DNA of 64,000 bases from Lepidodermella squamata (Eukaryota > Animalia > Gastrotricha), in contig JBLDXI010000020.1 in the NCBI GenBank assembly GCA_047495785.1, positions 992,001 through 1,056,000 of the forward strand. Direction: 5' to 3'. Every line of letters starts with the position of its first letter. The first letter of the stretch is position 1. Shown one piece after another: positions 25,201-38,043 of the stretch. The notes below the pieces were generated by a model. That model saw nothing but the letters and a program-made list of their open reading frames with translations, ran no database searches and was not told the DNA's origin. Position numbers and translations under genes: made by a program.

Positions 25201-28200
25201 TTTTCGAGCTACCACGCCGGCTAACTCGTCATTTAGTTCAAAATTTCAATTTGGGAGTCTGAACTCGACAGTTATAAATAAGTGGCAAACTGTAGTGATT
25301 TCCTGCGAGGAAACGTCGCTGAAAATACGCTTGACCACGGACAGTAATGTTTGGGGAACAGATATGACAAATAACTTGTCTTCGTCTTTTGCACTACGCA
25401 TCGGTCGCGGTGTCAATGGCCCCGTTGCTTGTGCTGCTCTATATTCTCGTTTTTCCGATACCTCGACGTTGGCATGGATGAAGGAATTTACAAATACTTG
25501 CGAGCAATCGGTATCTGCAACAGGCGATAACGGCTGCGGTAATGGTGTCCTCGATGATTTTGAGGAGTGCGACGATGGAAACCTGAAAACCGGCGACGGA
25601 TGCTCTCGATCCTGTCAATTAGAAGGAAATTCCATGGCCAGATTCCCACTCGCTGGTAATCTATTAGGTTTATGGCCGCTTACGTCACAATATGAACTCA
25701 ATGGTAATGATTTTTCGGCTATAAAGGAATTTATAATTCATTATGCTTCCCTTTTGAGATATTGGGTACCAACGAACTACTGGTGTAGTTTTGTCGGGAC
25801 CTCTATCCTATAATTTCACGCCGTTCTACTCGGCTATTTGGGACAAGGCTCGGCATCTCGTAAATGCTGAAACAGCAATTTTTTCTTCATCGAACAAGTA
25901 AGTCCAGCCAAAATACGATGACTAGAACTCATTCACTCAATTACCACAGCGTTTCTTTGGTCCCGATGGCTGACTGGCCATGGTACGACATCTCGTTCTA
26001 CTACGCGTACAGTTTTAGCTGTTTCATACACATCACAGCTTTAGACAATCAAACGAGGACCTTGTAACTACAGGAGAATACTTTCCTTTTTTATATATCA
26101 TTGTTTTCTATTAGATTTTCGGTCGGGGCTGGGCTGGTTACAGCCACTTACAGTATTGAGCAATATGGCACTCCTCAAGCAAGGCTTATTCTTGAATTTA
26201 TCAATGGCGATGATTCGTCCACTCGTGTCCGCTTAAACAGGGTTGGAGAATGGGACATAATTAAAACGTGAGGATACCTTTCATCAACTTCGATTTTCGC
26301 CTGCATAATTTGGTTATTTTCAGACCTTTCTACGTTATGTATACCTTCAACTCCACCACCAATGCTGTTTACGACAGTAATGGAATTTTGTTGAATACGA
26401 CATCACGTTTGAATTTAACGAATGGATTGAATAACGACGTGAAATATCAGTTGGTGATCGGCAAATTCGGGTCAAATAATGGCCTGATAGGTTCAGTTTT
26501 CTGCTTTTCGCTCTATGATACGGCAATTAATGCCGCCAACATCCCAGCCGTGGCTTCATCATGCCGCAGATACAGCTGTAATGAATATTTTTAACTAAAA
26601 CTAAGCATCTGATGAATCATTGATCTTTAAGCTTGTCCGGTCGACTTCATACCTTACAAGCAGTTCTGCTATTTTTACGAGGGCAACATTGGATACAAGA
26701 GAACTGTACCTGATCAGTGGAGATATTGTCGCCTTCGTGGCTCGTCAATAGCGCTCTTTCGAAGTCAAGACCACCAAGATTGGCTGCTTTCAATTGTACG
26801 CCTGCTTCCAAATTCACAGAAAATTTCCGCAATTACAACGGCACTTACTGCAATGGCTTTCAATCAGTCAAATGGAGGTGAGAACTAACTCCATCCATTC
26901 TTTTTGAATGCTAGTAATACGGCCTAGTAATACTTATTGGTGTTAAATTTTGAACATGGACTTAGACTTCAAAAGATTTTATTTACCTTTTTACTTCGAA
27001 ATTAAATAGACACCGACTACACATATTATTACTATGGATTCGAAGGATCGCCTCCTCTCAATGCTTCTGCAATGTTCATGAATGTGTTCAAGCCGTACGA
27101 TGTAAATCCGCCGGGTTTGAACCCCCATGTCGTTGTATCACGAAATACAAATACATCAAAAGGAAACATCCCTATGAACTTCACGTGGGGATTTCAGTAT
27201 TCCAGCCATAATTTTAGTTTCGGTACTTTTTTCTGCGAAACACCGTTCTATGGTATGCAAAATTAAGATATATCCAGATACACCAATTAAGAAGTTATTT
27301 TGCAGCGAAAGCAATATGTGGCGACGGAAAGTTGCAATTTGGTGAAAGCTGCGATGGCCGAAACGGTGACTGTGACTCGAAATGCAGGCTTACAAGTAAA
27401 CAAAAATTCAGCTTGGTACAATTATCTTTACGAAGCTTTTTTATTTTAATTCAGAGCATCCAGATGTCTACTTAGCTCGATATGCCATCGGTTTCTGGCC
27501 ACTGAACACCAACTATCGCAGTGCGGACATCATTCTTAACTATCAGACGACTGCACACAATCCTACCAACGGCTTGCTCATGGCAACAAGCCCGTTCCGT
27601 GCCGGTCGCTATGCTTGGAGAACATACTACCTTTATGAAAACTCACTTGGCTATGCGAAATTCCAATTGAAATCCAATGCTACAAAGAACGAAAACAAAA
27701 CTTTCTCAGCCTCGCTTTTCTATCTGAAGGATAGGAATTACGAGAGGTTTCCAGGGGGTTATCTGCTTAACATAAGCAACTATGGAATCTCTGTTTATAA
27801 TGATTCGCTGGATTTCGCTACTGTCGGACTTGTCTCCTCTGACAACGTGGTTAATCTGAAGTTCGACGAATGCCAGATTCAACGCAGCATTTGGGCGCAT
27901 CACATGCTCACAATAGACATGAGGCAGACTCCTGGAACAGCTAGATACTTTATCAATGGTATGGAATGCGGAAATGTTCACCTGCCAGGAAACGCACCCA
28001 TACCCGATGTTACAAGAGTTCGCTTCGGGGCACTACGAGGAGTAATTACCTGTGTCTCTCTATACTCGACGGTCCTATACGATAAGGACATTGGACCATT
28101 ACAAAAAGCTTGCAGGAATACGACTATTCATCGCAAAAACGGTAAAATTGTTTCGTCGTTTTTCTTCGATTTTACCCTCTCAACTGTTTCAGTTGTTTGG

Positions 28201-30230
28201 AATGGCTGGTATTGGAGTCTTGAAGGGAATTCAAAGCGTATACCTTACTCTCTACCACCTGGTTTATGGGTTGGAGAAGTGAATTTTACCACTAATAGTA
28301 CAGACTCTGCCTGGGCCTATGAGATGACGAATAGCTCGCTAAATAGCCGTTCATATAGTAACACGCAGACGAGACTTATCTGCAAAGTGCCGAACACCTG
28401 CCGCAAGTCAACTTGCAATGAGCCAATGACCTGCCCAAGGCCCCCTGCACCGTGTGTCATCGATGGAGGATACAATAGTCAATTCAACCTTCAGTTCGGA
28501 TTGAACGCAACGTTTACTCATTCTTGCCTATCAAACACTAAAATACCAGATCAAGCACTTGGCTTCCAAGTCACTTCTAGGTGCAACGCCACAGGAGGCT
28601 GGGATGTCATAAGCTGCCCAGTGGTCAATCAAAAAGTCTACAATATTCCACCGCAACCCTCTTCTTACAACGCGCCTAACACTAACATTGACAAATTCCA
28701 ATGCAAGCCTGGCTTCAGATCTGATGTGAAAGAAGTGGCGTCTACTTGTTTGGACAGCGGCCAATGGTCACCACAACTCATAAATTGCTCACGTAAACCA
28801 AAACGCTTGAAATTGAAAAAAATCGAAAATGACATGAACTTATAGGTATACCTTGCCCTCTTTTCGATTCTGACGTGTACAATGTAACGGCAATGCCTGC
28901 TACTGATGATGGAAATGTACCTGCGTTTCCTAATTTCATGAGCGCAATCAATAATCTATCTTGCAGTAAGTCAGAAATTCATCCCAATTTCGATATTTTA
29001 TTTTTGTCTCTTGTCTCTAGTGCCCGGTTTCGAAGTCGTGAATGGTGTCCAAGATTCTTCAACTACTCGTATCTGCTCCTTTGATCCCTCAGCGAATGCA
29101 AATGTATGGAAGCCGGCTCCTTTCAACTGCACTAGTAATACTTGGTTGAAATAAGAAACATTTCAGCGTTAATACTTTCTCCACAGTTAAAAAGTGCCCC
29201 GCGTTGCCTGATGTGGCGAATTCAACCAAAAATGCCAGCAGCACAGCAATCTATCCTTACAGGTCTTATGTAACATATCGGTGTTTGTCCGGAAACGAAT
29301 TAGCTACCAGCGATTTCTGGCTGGGTTACGAGCAGACACTACGGTGTAGCTCAGCTGGAGCCTGGGTCCCCGCTTCAAGCCGTGAAGTTACTGCGGCAAA
29401 CCCCACTATCGACTGTACGCTGAGTGCTTACTACCGTGGATGCTACGCCGTCCACCCTAAAGAGATGACTCTAGCCTCTAGCATCGAAATTCTGGTGAAA
29501 AACGCCGCGCTATACCCATTTATAGCTTCGGACGATGCTGACCTATCTCTGGTGAGACTCGACCCGCTCCGATTGTGCCGTGAATTTTGCATGGCGAACA
29601 TGTCGGCGTATTGCGGCCTGGCTGACTCTTATTGCTTCTGCTTCAAGCAGAAACTTCAGTCAGCTAATTCGGTTGACGAGTCTTCCTGCTCGGGCGACTG
29701 CGTTGATGCGTCTGGAACGTACCATCCAGAGGGCAGGCAGTATTGCGGGTCGAGCGTACCCTTAGCTAACGACCAAATTATCATATCGTTTTACATCACG
29801 AGTGTGGGCTGTTACAAACCGAACCGTCTTGTTCCTGTTGTTAAAGATGAAGAATTGGTAAATCTAATGGCCCACACCAACGAGAGCCGTCAGCTTTGGC
29901 CATATCAAACAACAACTTACCTGTTCTGCCCGGAAAATATGGTTTTATTTCCTGAAATTATTCTCATTTCATTCAAATTAATTTGAATGCTTGTTTCCCA
30001 GGTTACATCGGGGAATCAAAATCAATCAAGATTCGCAATTATTACGTGTGGCCTGGCGAGTCGATGGATGTTAGATTCTTTTGAATGCGAAGGTAAAAAA
30101 TGTTTTAAATTGTTTCATATTCATATGGCGTGCTTGCTTCAACCATTTGTTGCCGGGGCTAATTTTTCATTTAACGCTTGCTTCAAGCACTTGAGTTGTG
30201 CCCGGGGAGTTCAGTTATGGAGTAAGGGTT
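16246..30230 (+). CDS. Giant secreted mosaic protein: signal peptide, fibrinogen-related domain, multiple C-type-lectin-like domains, LamG/ConA-like modules, Myxococcus-type Cys-rich repeats, CCP/sushi repeats and WSC (dozens of exons; 3' end approximate)
   Basis: ATG at 16246 with a signal peptide. FReD hallmarks DC..SGTY.I..FNAFCEMD.GGGWTVI..R..W.DY..GFG..FWLGND..GWW..C. CTL motifs CPxxW..CY, YC..GA.LA, WIG, FICE. CGNG..E.CDDGN..DGCS..CQ.E repeats. Sushi C..G.W patterns at 28.4-29.4 kb. WSC YRGCY...C..FC...YCFC...C...CG at 29.4-29.8 kb. Coding exons are contiguous, separated by ~50-nt introns. The last exon is uncertain (stop at ~30225 or ~30356). Confidence 0.8.
24230..24320 (+). repeat. 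Myxococcus-type cysteine-rich repeat 1 within the mosaic protein (further copies at 25535-25624 and a degenerate one at 27317-27388)
   Basis: [85 protein letters not shown]. Confidence 0.85.
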
Positions 30231-31159
30231 AGGTTTTCTCAAATTTCAAAACGGAACTAAGAAAGGCGAGGAATTCAAGTTCAATATCACAAAATAGCAG
30301 CTCCGCTCAAAGCAACTGATCTCGACTGTCAAGGAAATCGAACTGATGCATTATGACTAAGAAACTGTGATTTTTTTGATAAAATAAAACTTATTTCAGG
30401 TGTTATTTTCGTTCTTTCTCTGTGTTATTGATTGGCTACAAGACAGAAGCAGACTGTGATAAGATTGACATCACTGGTTGAATAGCAACACGGCTTTGTT
30501 ATGAGCTATTTTTGATCCATCAAAAATATCAACTTGTCCGGTGAAGCCTTGGTGAAATTCAATCTCCTTTTTATACAAAATTAAAAAATAACTGCTTATT
30601 TTTGCCGTATTCCTTGTCAGCGTCAACGTTTTATTTTCTAAAACAACCTGACATCGACTTCGGGTATGGCAGCAATAATTGCGCCTTTCATTGTTTGCAA
30701 AGTGTAGCAGAATCAGGAGACGCATTTACCGCCTCATAAAAACTGGCTGATTGCACGCATCAATTAAGATTGACCTCATCCTCGACGTATTTGTGGCTGC
30801 ACTTGAGCGGTTGTTGCCTTGGAATATTTTTTTTGTATTTTTTGTCAACAGATAAAATTTAGCGCGTTGTAATGAGTTTCTCGTCGATTTTTGTATCACT
30901 AGCCATACGCTTGGAAAGGTGTAAGTCTTCACACTCCAATAGCAATAATGAATCGCTCGTGAGCCCGCAAAAACACCTCGTCACACGGCGGTTTGGCATC
31001 GCGAAAACAGTTATTGTTGACAGCAAACGATGCGCGCAATGACGGCACTGTGTTTATTTACTTGTTATTGTTTTCAGTATAGCCGTATTCGAGAGATCTT
31101 CAACCGCGCCTACAACATATACCATCGCAACTTCCTACTGTTTTGCCTAAATATCTATT

Positions 31160-31572
31160 ATGATTCCAAGTTCATTAGTAGCTCTTGCAGCAATTCTTCA
31201 AACGGCCAATTCCCTCAAGTGCTTCGAATGCACGAATTGCCGAGATAAAGGCATCCCCTTAGAATGCCAGGACGGCTACCCGTATTGCGTAGAAGTCTCC
31301 GTCAAAGCTTTTATGTAAGGTCGAACTTTTATTCCATCTTAAATTTGATTATTTTACTCAATAGACTGAATCGTTTCGATCGAGTCTGCGCTACCCAATG
31401 CCCAGCTTTCAATATTAAGGTGGCTCAGATAACGTGTTGTCAAAACGATCTGTGCAATCTCGCGAACCAAGGGCTGATCGGCAGTGCTTCAGACAAAGCC
31501 TACACAGTTATCTCAATAGTTGTTATGGGACTGATAGGAATAGCAGTGACACTATTGACTCATCTAATTTAG
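31160..31572 (+). CDS. Ly6/uPAR three-finger protein, probably GPI-anchored (120 aa; exons 31160-31314, 31365-31572)
   Basis: Signal peptide followed by LKCFEC, 10 Cys, C-terminal CCQNDLCN signature and a hydrophobic tail. 50-nt intron. AATAAA at 31574-31579. Confidence 0.85.
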
Positions 31573-31669
31573 TAATAAAACAACGTAATACTTGCCATTG
31601 AAATTTTATTAAAAACTGAGATGGTTTCACGGGGTGCTGAGTATATTATTATAGTAATATGATAAGAAA

Positions 31670-34600
31670 TCATCCTTCAGAAGTTGATTTGGTCGTCGAG
31701 CTGCGGAAACTGAGCCGGTACGCGATGCGTTGGCCGAACATTTGCCAGAAGGCGGCTCGAAATTCCGGGTTGAAAACCGCGTAGACAAACGGATTCGCCA
31801 TCGAATTGGCATGGCCCAACCACGCTAGCACATGCATAACCACATCAGGTATGCACTGCTCACCCTCCGTTCGCTCGGCGTGGGATCTCGAGTCGAAATG
31901 CGCGCAGACTGATTTCGAAACTGTCGCTAAGAAGTAAGGCAGCCAGCATGCGTAAAACAGAACTAGTACAACGCTTAGCATGACAGTCGCCCGTCGTTCT
32001 CGCGACAGTTTCGAATCAGCCCTTGTCGCGCCCTGACTCGCCTTGCCCCTTCGATGGCTAGATCTCCGTTCAGTAACCTCGGTATTCACGCTACTCCTCG
32101 TGATATTACTCTCCCGTCGCCCCGACACCTGACTCGACCGCCGAATCGCGTTTGGCTCGAAACTTGAATTCGTCGAAAAAATCAGCACATTCGCGCATTC
32201 ACTCGGCCGCCGTTCGTCGGAATTGCGAATCAGCGCCGCTTGTTGCGCCAGGCCACTCATATCAAGCAGCCAATCGTCTTCCAAGCCGTAAGATTCGCGC
32301 TTCGAACACGGCGGCGCGAGTTGTTGAAAGCTGCCGAGGCGGTTCAAAGTTTGAGCAGTACTCGACGCCCGTAGCGAAGTCGGCGAGCTGAGTTCATTCA
32401 ACGAACTGAAAGATGTCGACTTCTGGCGCTTCCTGTAACGCTGTTTCGTCACCGGTTTCGGGTCTATAACTGAAGATGCCGGCGATATCGAAATATCCTC
32501 GTGTTCTTCATCCTCATCGCTGAAAACTGGGTCAACTTGTTTCTTCAAGTTGTGGTGGTAGACGTGGAACGGCTCGGACTTACGCCGGGCTGAGTTATTC
32601 GGCAAAATTTCAACTCGAGGTATTCGGGTGAAACTCAGTGGATCGAATGTTTTGTTAGTTTTCAGGTCGTTGATGAAAATCGTGCTGGCGACCGTGTCTG
32701 AGGTTGACGTTAAACGGCCGTTGCAGCTTGTTTCGTTATCGGTGATTTCGTTGTTAGTCACCTCTTCGAGCGGGATTGATTTGCGAGGCGTGACACTCGC
32801 CCGCATGTCGAAGCGAACTGTTGGCTGCGTTGGGTCGGAAATGCGGTTCGCCATTGTTGCGTTCGTGTCGGTCGACGCCATTGAGCCGCGGCGGATGCGC
32901 TGCATGACGTGCGACATTCGGCGCATCATCATGCGTTTGGCGCGTTCGGCGAGCGCTCGGAATACGGCGACGTATTGCAGGCCGATGGCGATGCTGGGTA
33001 TGAAAAATGACACAACGGAGGTGTACAGCAGATACTCCACCCGGTACAGCTTGCAAAAATGTGGCTTCCGATCTGGAACGTCGTTGAGACCTGAAAACAA
33101 ATTATAGACTGAATTTAGTTATCCAGTAACTTTTGAAAAATTGAATCAATGTAAAATTTGAATAATTACACGTTTTCAATTATCATAATATACCTCATAC
33201 ATGCACGGCGTTAAAACAACAAAGGCGCAGAACAGCAAAAGCAACAAATCAGCGAATTTTTCTATTTGCGACAAAACAGCAAAATTGCAATGTATGGTAA
33301 CTTTGATAGCCAGTTTCAAACGATCGATCCTGTATCCCTGAAGAGGGTTATGGAAACATTGGAAATAATCGTGTGGTATATTTTGCTGTTTTGTCGCGTT
33401 TTGGGTGATTGCTGCTATGGCCGTCTGCCATTTTCTTATTTTTGAGTTCTTCCTAAAATATTAGGTTGAATTATTTCCCATTTTAATTGAAAATGTATTG
33501 AAAATCGGCAATTTTAAAATGTTTTCGCACCCCTTCAAGCGCGGTTTCTTAAACCCAAAATTTGGCACCTTGGAATTTAGCGCATAATTGTTCAACACCC
33601 ATGTCGAAAACTTGAGGGTCCATCCCAAATGGAAAATTTGTGACCTGAGATAATCCTCGGCAGGATGTTCAACAATTCCATGCTCATTTTCCCATTCAGT
33701 TTTCTAGTCTTCAGACCTTCAAGGTGAGTTCCCATTACCTTGAATGGCTCACTTATTTAAGGCGAGAGAATTTAATTGCTCCTGTATTTTTATAATTTTT
33801 TTTACAAATCAGCCGCATCAATTAAAAAATTGAAATATTGAAAACAACATGGGCAAATAAATCCCCTTGATTTCATGTTAGCTGAAGCAGTCTAAGGAAA
33901 GTCAATGTCGTAAATATCGAATATTCATACTTTTTCGAAAAATTGTGATAGCCTACCTAATAGAATAGGAGCTGCGACTGCTGATGAAATGGTCCAAACG
34001 AGACCGATGGGAATTCCGAGGAAAACAACTCGGCGTCTTCTCTGAAGATTTGAATATGTCACCGGCCGAGCTATAGCGAGGTAACTGTTTCAAACAAAAC
34101 GAGTTTGTGCGAATTTTCTTGAAATTTATTGAAAATGAACAAACCGGTTCTGAGCGATTGCAGCAAGACTTAGAATTGACGCGCTTGTAGCCAGATTGTC
34201 GACTGTCAGCCATAAATCACACGCAAATGTGCCAAGGTCCCACTGGCCATCTGTCCACTCGAGGTAGAGCGCGAACGGCATCACAACAGCGCCGATCAGC
34301 AGATCGGCAGAGGCGAGCGATATCAGGTAAAAGTTGGTCGCTGTCGACGTCGCCGTTCGCCCGTGCCCGCCGCCTCGCGTCCAAGACGCCTTACGAGTTA
34401 CGGCTGAAAACGATTCGCCACGCGCCGATCGCCAACTTCCAGCCTAAAAATATATCGACTAAATAAGCATTTCAAGCAAGAAATGAATTACCTGTGATAC
34501 CATTAAGCTGCACAGCAGAACAACAAGAGCGTTGCCGATGATGGTTACAATAGGGAAAAGGGCAAGGACTGGAAATAGGTACTCGTGCCACATCGATGTG

Positions 34601-34761
34601 TGGTGAATGGCGCCGGCGCCAAAATGTTCGTCTTCATCATCGTGTTCTTCCATCGAGCTTGTACTGGTCGGTGATCTGGAGCTATTGCCAACTTTTGCTA
34701 AACAAAAAATAACAGAAACAATTATAAGGTGGATCGTTGCCCACTGATTAGTATAAACCAT
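31670..34761 (-). CDS. D2-like dopamine (aminergic) GPCR (~705 aa; exons 34761-34492, 34443-34145, 34084-33957, 33090-31670)
   Basis: TM1 IGNALV; TM2 TNFYLISLASADLLIGAVVMPF; TM3 CDLWLTVD (D3.32)...NRY; GLNDVPDR..C ECL2 and YTSVVSFFIP TM5 resemble invertebrate D2 receptors. Very long ICL3, CWLPYF, NSMANPFVY...EFRAAF and a short C-tail. All splices keep the frame. Confidence 0.85.
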
Positions 34762-35404
34762 AAAAATTGATAACCGGCAAATAAAGAATAAATGAGTTAT
34801 ATTCCTAAATCTCTGAAATAATCCTAGAACTCTGAAAATTTGCTAGTAGGGATGTTAAATCGATAGAATCGATGAAATAGGAAGAAATTGCCCAGAAATT
34901 TTTAGAAATTTTGGAAATATACCCAACGGCTAACTCTCCATTTTTTGATGAAATTCCTATACGCGATTCCTACCTCACTTAACAAATGGAATCTTACAAG
35001 TGGAATACAATATAATTCAAAAATGTAGGGAAATACTTTGCAGAAAAACGAATAATCTATATATTTTATATATTTTAGCCTTGATAAAAATATGTTATGT
35101 AGACAAAGGCTGATCACTATCCATAATCCAATTTGTTTGCCAATCGAGACTTCATTTAACCATCAAAATAGCAACGGCATAAGCCGCCGACAATTCTACT
35201 CCGTTTTCGAGCTCGATGGCACATACCCTTAGGGACCAAACCTCTTAGAGACGCCGAAAAATGTATTCATAATGTGATATCAAAGTCATGATAACAGTAA
35301 TGATATTTACCATTACGAAGAAAAATAGTTATTTATGCTTTTTTCGGTAACTTTAATAATAGCCATATGCCATACCATCTCGACCATTTCGAAACATATT
35401 AAAT

Positions 35405-35911
35405 CTAACCTGGGCCTTTGACGAGAGGATATAGCAGCATTGCCGAGTTATTTCGAGCAGCTTTAGCTTTCAGCAGTGGTGGTTCCAGCGTGGAGCTGTC
35501 CTCATCGCTAAAATAAAACGGAATATCCGGCATAACCGTCACGCGTTTCGTTGTTGTCGTCATTTGCTGCGTCGTCGTAGCACTGGTCGTCGCTTTCGCG
35601 CCATTTTTCCGCCGACTTTTCGTCGGCTTCTTCGACGCTCTTGGCGTCGTTCGAATCGCCGCTCCAGTGGTTATTTCAACGTTTCTGCGCGTAGATTTCG
35701 CCCAACCGCTGTACCTGCCGACAGATGGGCTGTTTTGGATGATTGCCAGTTGGTTGTTGAATGACAAATTGGGCGGTATTTTGGCGGCAAGGCTTTCGGT
35801 AGCCATGAGGTAGGCTGGCGTGGAATAATTCAGCAAATTGCCGGCGTTGTTCCATCCAATGACCGAGTTCATTTCAACGAATTGCCGCAGCACAACTCTT
35901 TCATTCCTGGC
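35405..35911 (-). CDS. Hypothetical Thr/Lys-rich protein exon (start not resolved)
   Basis: ~168-codon open frame with low-complexity TTSATTTQQMTTTT and basic stretches, preceded by an AG acceptor. No recognisable domain. Confidence 0.35.
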   Translation of the reverse strand, partial: ARNERVVLRQFVEMNSVIGWNNAGNLLNYSTPAYLMATESLAAKIPPNLSFNNQLAIIQNSPSVGRYSGWAKSTRRNVEITTGAAIRTTPRASKKPTKSRRKNGAKATTSATTTQQMTTTTKRVTVMPDIPFYFSDEDSSTLEPPLLKAKAARNNSAMLLYPLVKGPG

Positions 35912-38043
35912 CTACCAGAAATTCCGCTCAATTCATCTATCTAGAATGCAAAGTCCCCAGTATATGAACTTAATAATGTCTATAATAAGGAAATAATAGC
36001 GTAATGTTATCCTTTCATACCAGAACGCATGATTAGCAAGCGAGGGCCATTTTTAAGATTTGAAAACAAGCAATGATACGCGTAAAAACCGATAAATGCT
36101 TGTTCCAGCGGACAAAAATTCGCTATTGCATTATATCGTAAATGCGCGCGGATAATAATATTTACGCCAGTTCGAATTATGAAGAAGACGCCGTAGGTTT
36201 TTTTTTCGTTAAATTTTGGTGTGTAATGACGTCATCAATATACACGCAAGTTTCAGCGCGAAAAAACACCGCAAAAGCGCTATTGAGTAATGCATTTCGA
36301 TTTTATAGACGAAGCAGTGGGTTGGTCATGGCATGCTGCATTTTTTTCTCTCGTTGAAACAACATTACGAAAAAATAATAGCCAAGTTAAATGACTGTGT
36401 ATATGCGCGTGTGTATAATTAGGCTCCGACAAAATACTGGTGCGCGCTGCTCACAGATGGCCGGCAGAGCGCGCGCGCTTTTTCAATATTGTCTTTATTT
36501 TATTATACATATAAATGATTATTTATCTAACGTCGTCCTCGGGGATGGGCGCGCGGATCAGGAAGATGATCAGAGGCAACCATCGGTTTTTGAGGCCGCT
36601 AAAACTTTAATAACCGGCCACATGATAGCAAGCGATGCGAAGAGTCAAGCGTGTGCGTCTTTGCGAATATTAGCAGCCTTCATTAGCGATTAGGAAGTTG
36701 ATGTGATACAATTAATTCCGGCCATCGATTATTTAATTAAACCCCAGTTATTGACAATCTCCGCGTAAGGTGGCTGTCGAGCCAAAATTTCAAATTTCAA
36801 CAATGAAATATAGTGTGAGGCCAATACCGTAATGTCGCCTTATTTTTTCAAGGTGAACGAACATTTTGAAAATGTTAGCAACGAATTCTGGCATCAACCA
36901 CGGTAATTTAGTATTTTTAACCTTATAGGTAATCGCGAGAAACATAGTTATCTAATTTCAGACATAACGGGCTCAATTCAAGGCTTAATTTTGGAAGGGT
37001 GAATATTCAAATGAAGGTCAAAGGTCACACCTGGAGAGCTAAATTAAAAAAAATATATGTAAGGAAAAAATGATAGAAAACTGATAATAATACGAGGGAT
37101 TCGAACACACCTGATTTAGGACACGGGGTGATAGCTTAATTTTTGCGCTGATTATTATCTTCTGTATGACCCTTAACCAGTGAAAAGTGGGGCTTGGCGA
37201 AAATGTTGACATCATGAGATCTTGATGTCGCTTTCAAGATCAATGAACGAGGAGTCGAACGATATCAAAAAGAGGTTGATAGTGATCAGGGTCGCTGAGA
37301 AAATGGGCTTCAAAGTTCACCTTTAAGAAATGCTATTTTCGAAAAAAGTGCGCCTTAATAATTTGCGTTTTTATTGCATCAATTAATAATAATCCCTCGC
37401 GCAATAAATTCTGATGTCATTTTCTTATGCGCACTTTCTCACATCATCGCTCATTAAATAGATAATAGATAATAGGGAATCTCGCTAGATATTCAACAAT
37501 TTTGGTGGTTTCAAGCCAGTGTCTCCACATCAACTTGAATCGATAAGACTTTTCAGCGACACTGTGGGGTTTCATGATGTAAGGAGGATGGGAGCCTCAC
37601 AGCTCCCAGATATCTGAATCTAGAAGGGTTGAAGAAAGATTCAAGTTTAAATCCAAAAGAGTCCGATATTAGACCACGTTACAGTATTTTTTCATATAAA
37701 TATTTCTGCTGCCAAATTGTAATTATTCTTCTTTTTACTTTTATGGGACGGGGAAATGTGTCAACCTTTTTGACAGGTCCCTGTAGTACAACAATAAAAT
37801 AAGCGAATGGTTCCTCTGGCTTTATTCTCACAAAAGCAACTCTATAAAGGCTTAAGCCCAAGCAGGAAATTATACAGACAAAAACAAATAAGGTGGATAA
37901 ATCACAGCGGTTTTCGTTATTTGTCCGGCGTACCTTCAAACAATCGTATTAATTTGCAACAAAATTATAGAAATTAATATTTTTTTAACATGAAAGGCAG
38001 GTATTTTATAGTAATAATGATGGCGCGGGATCAAGTCATGTTT

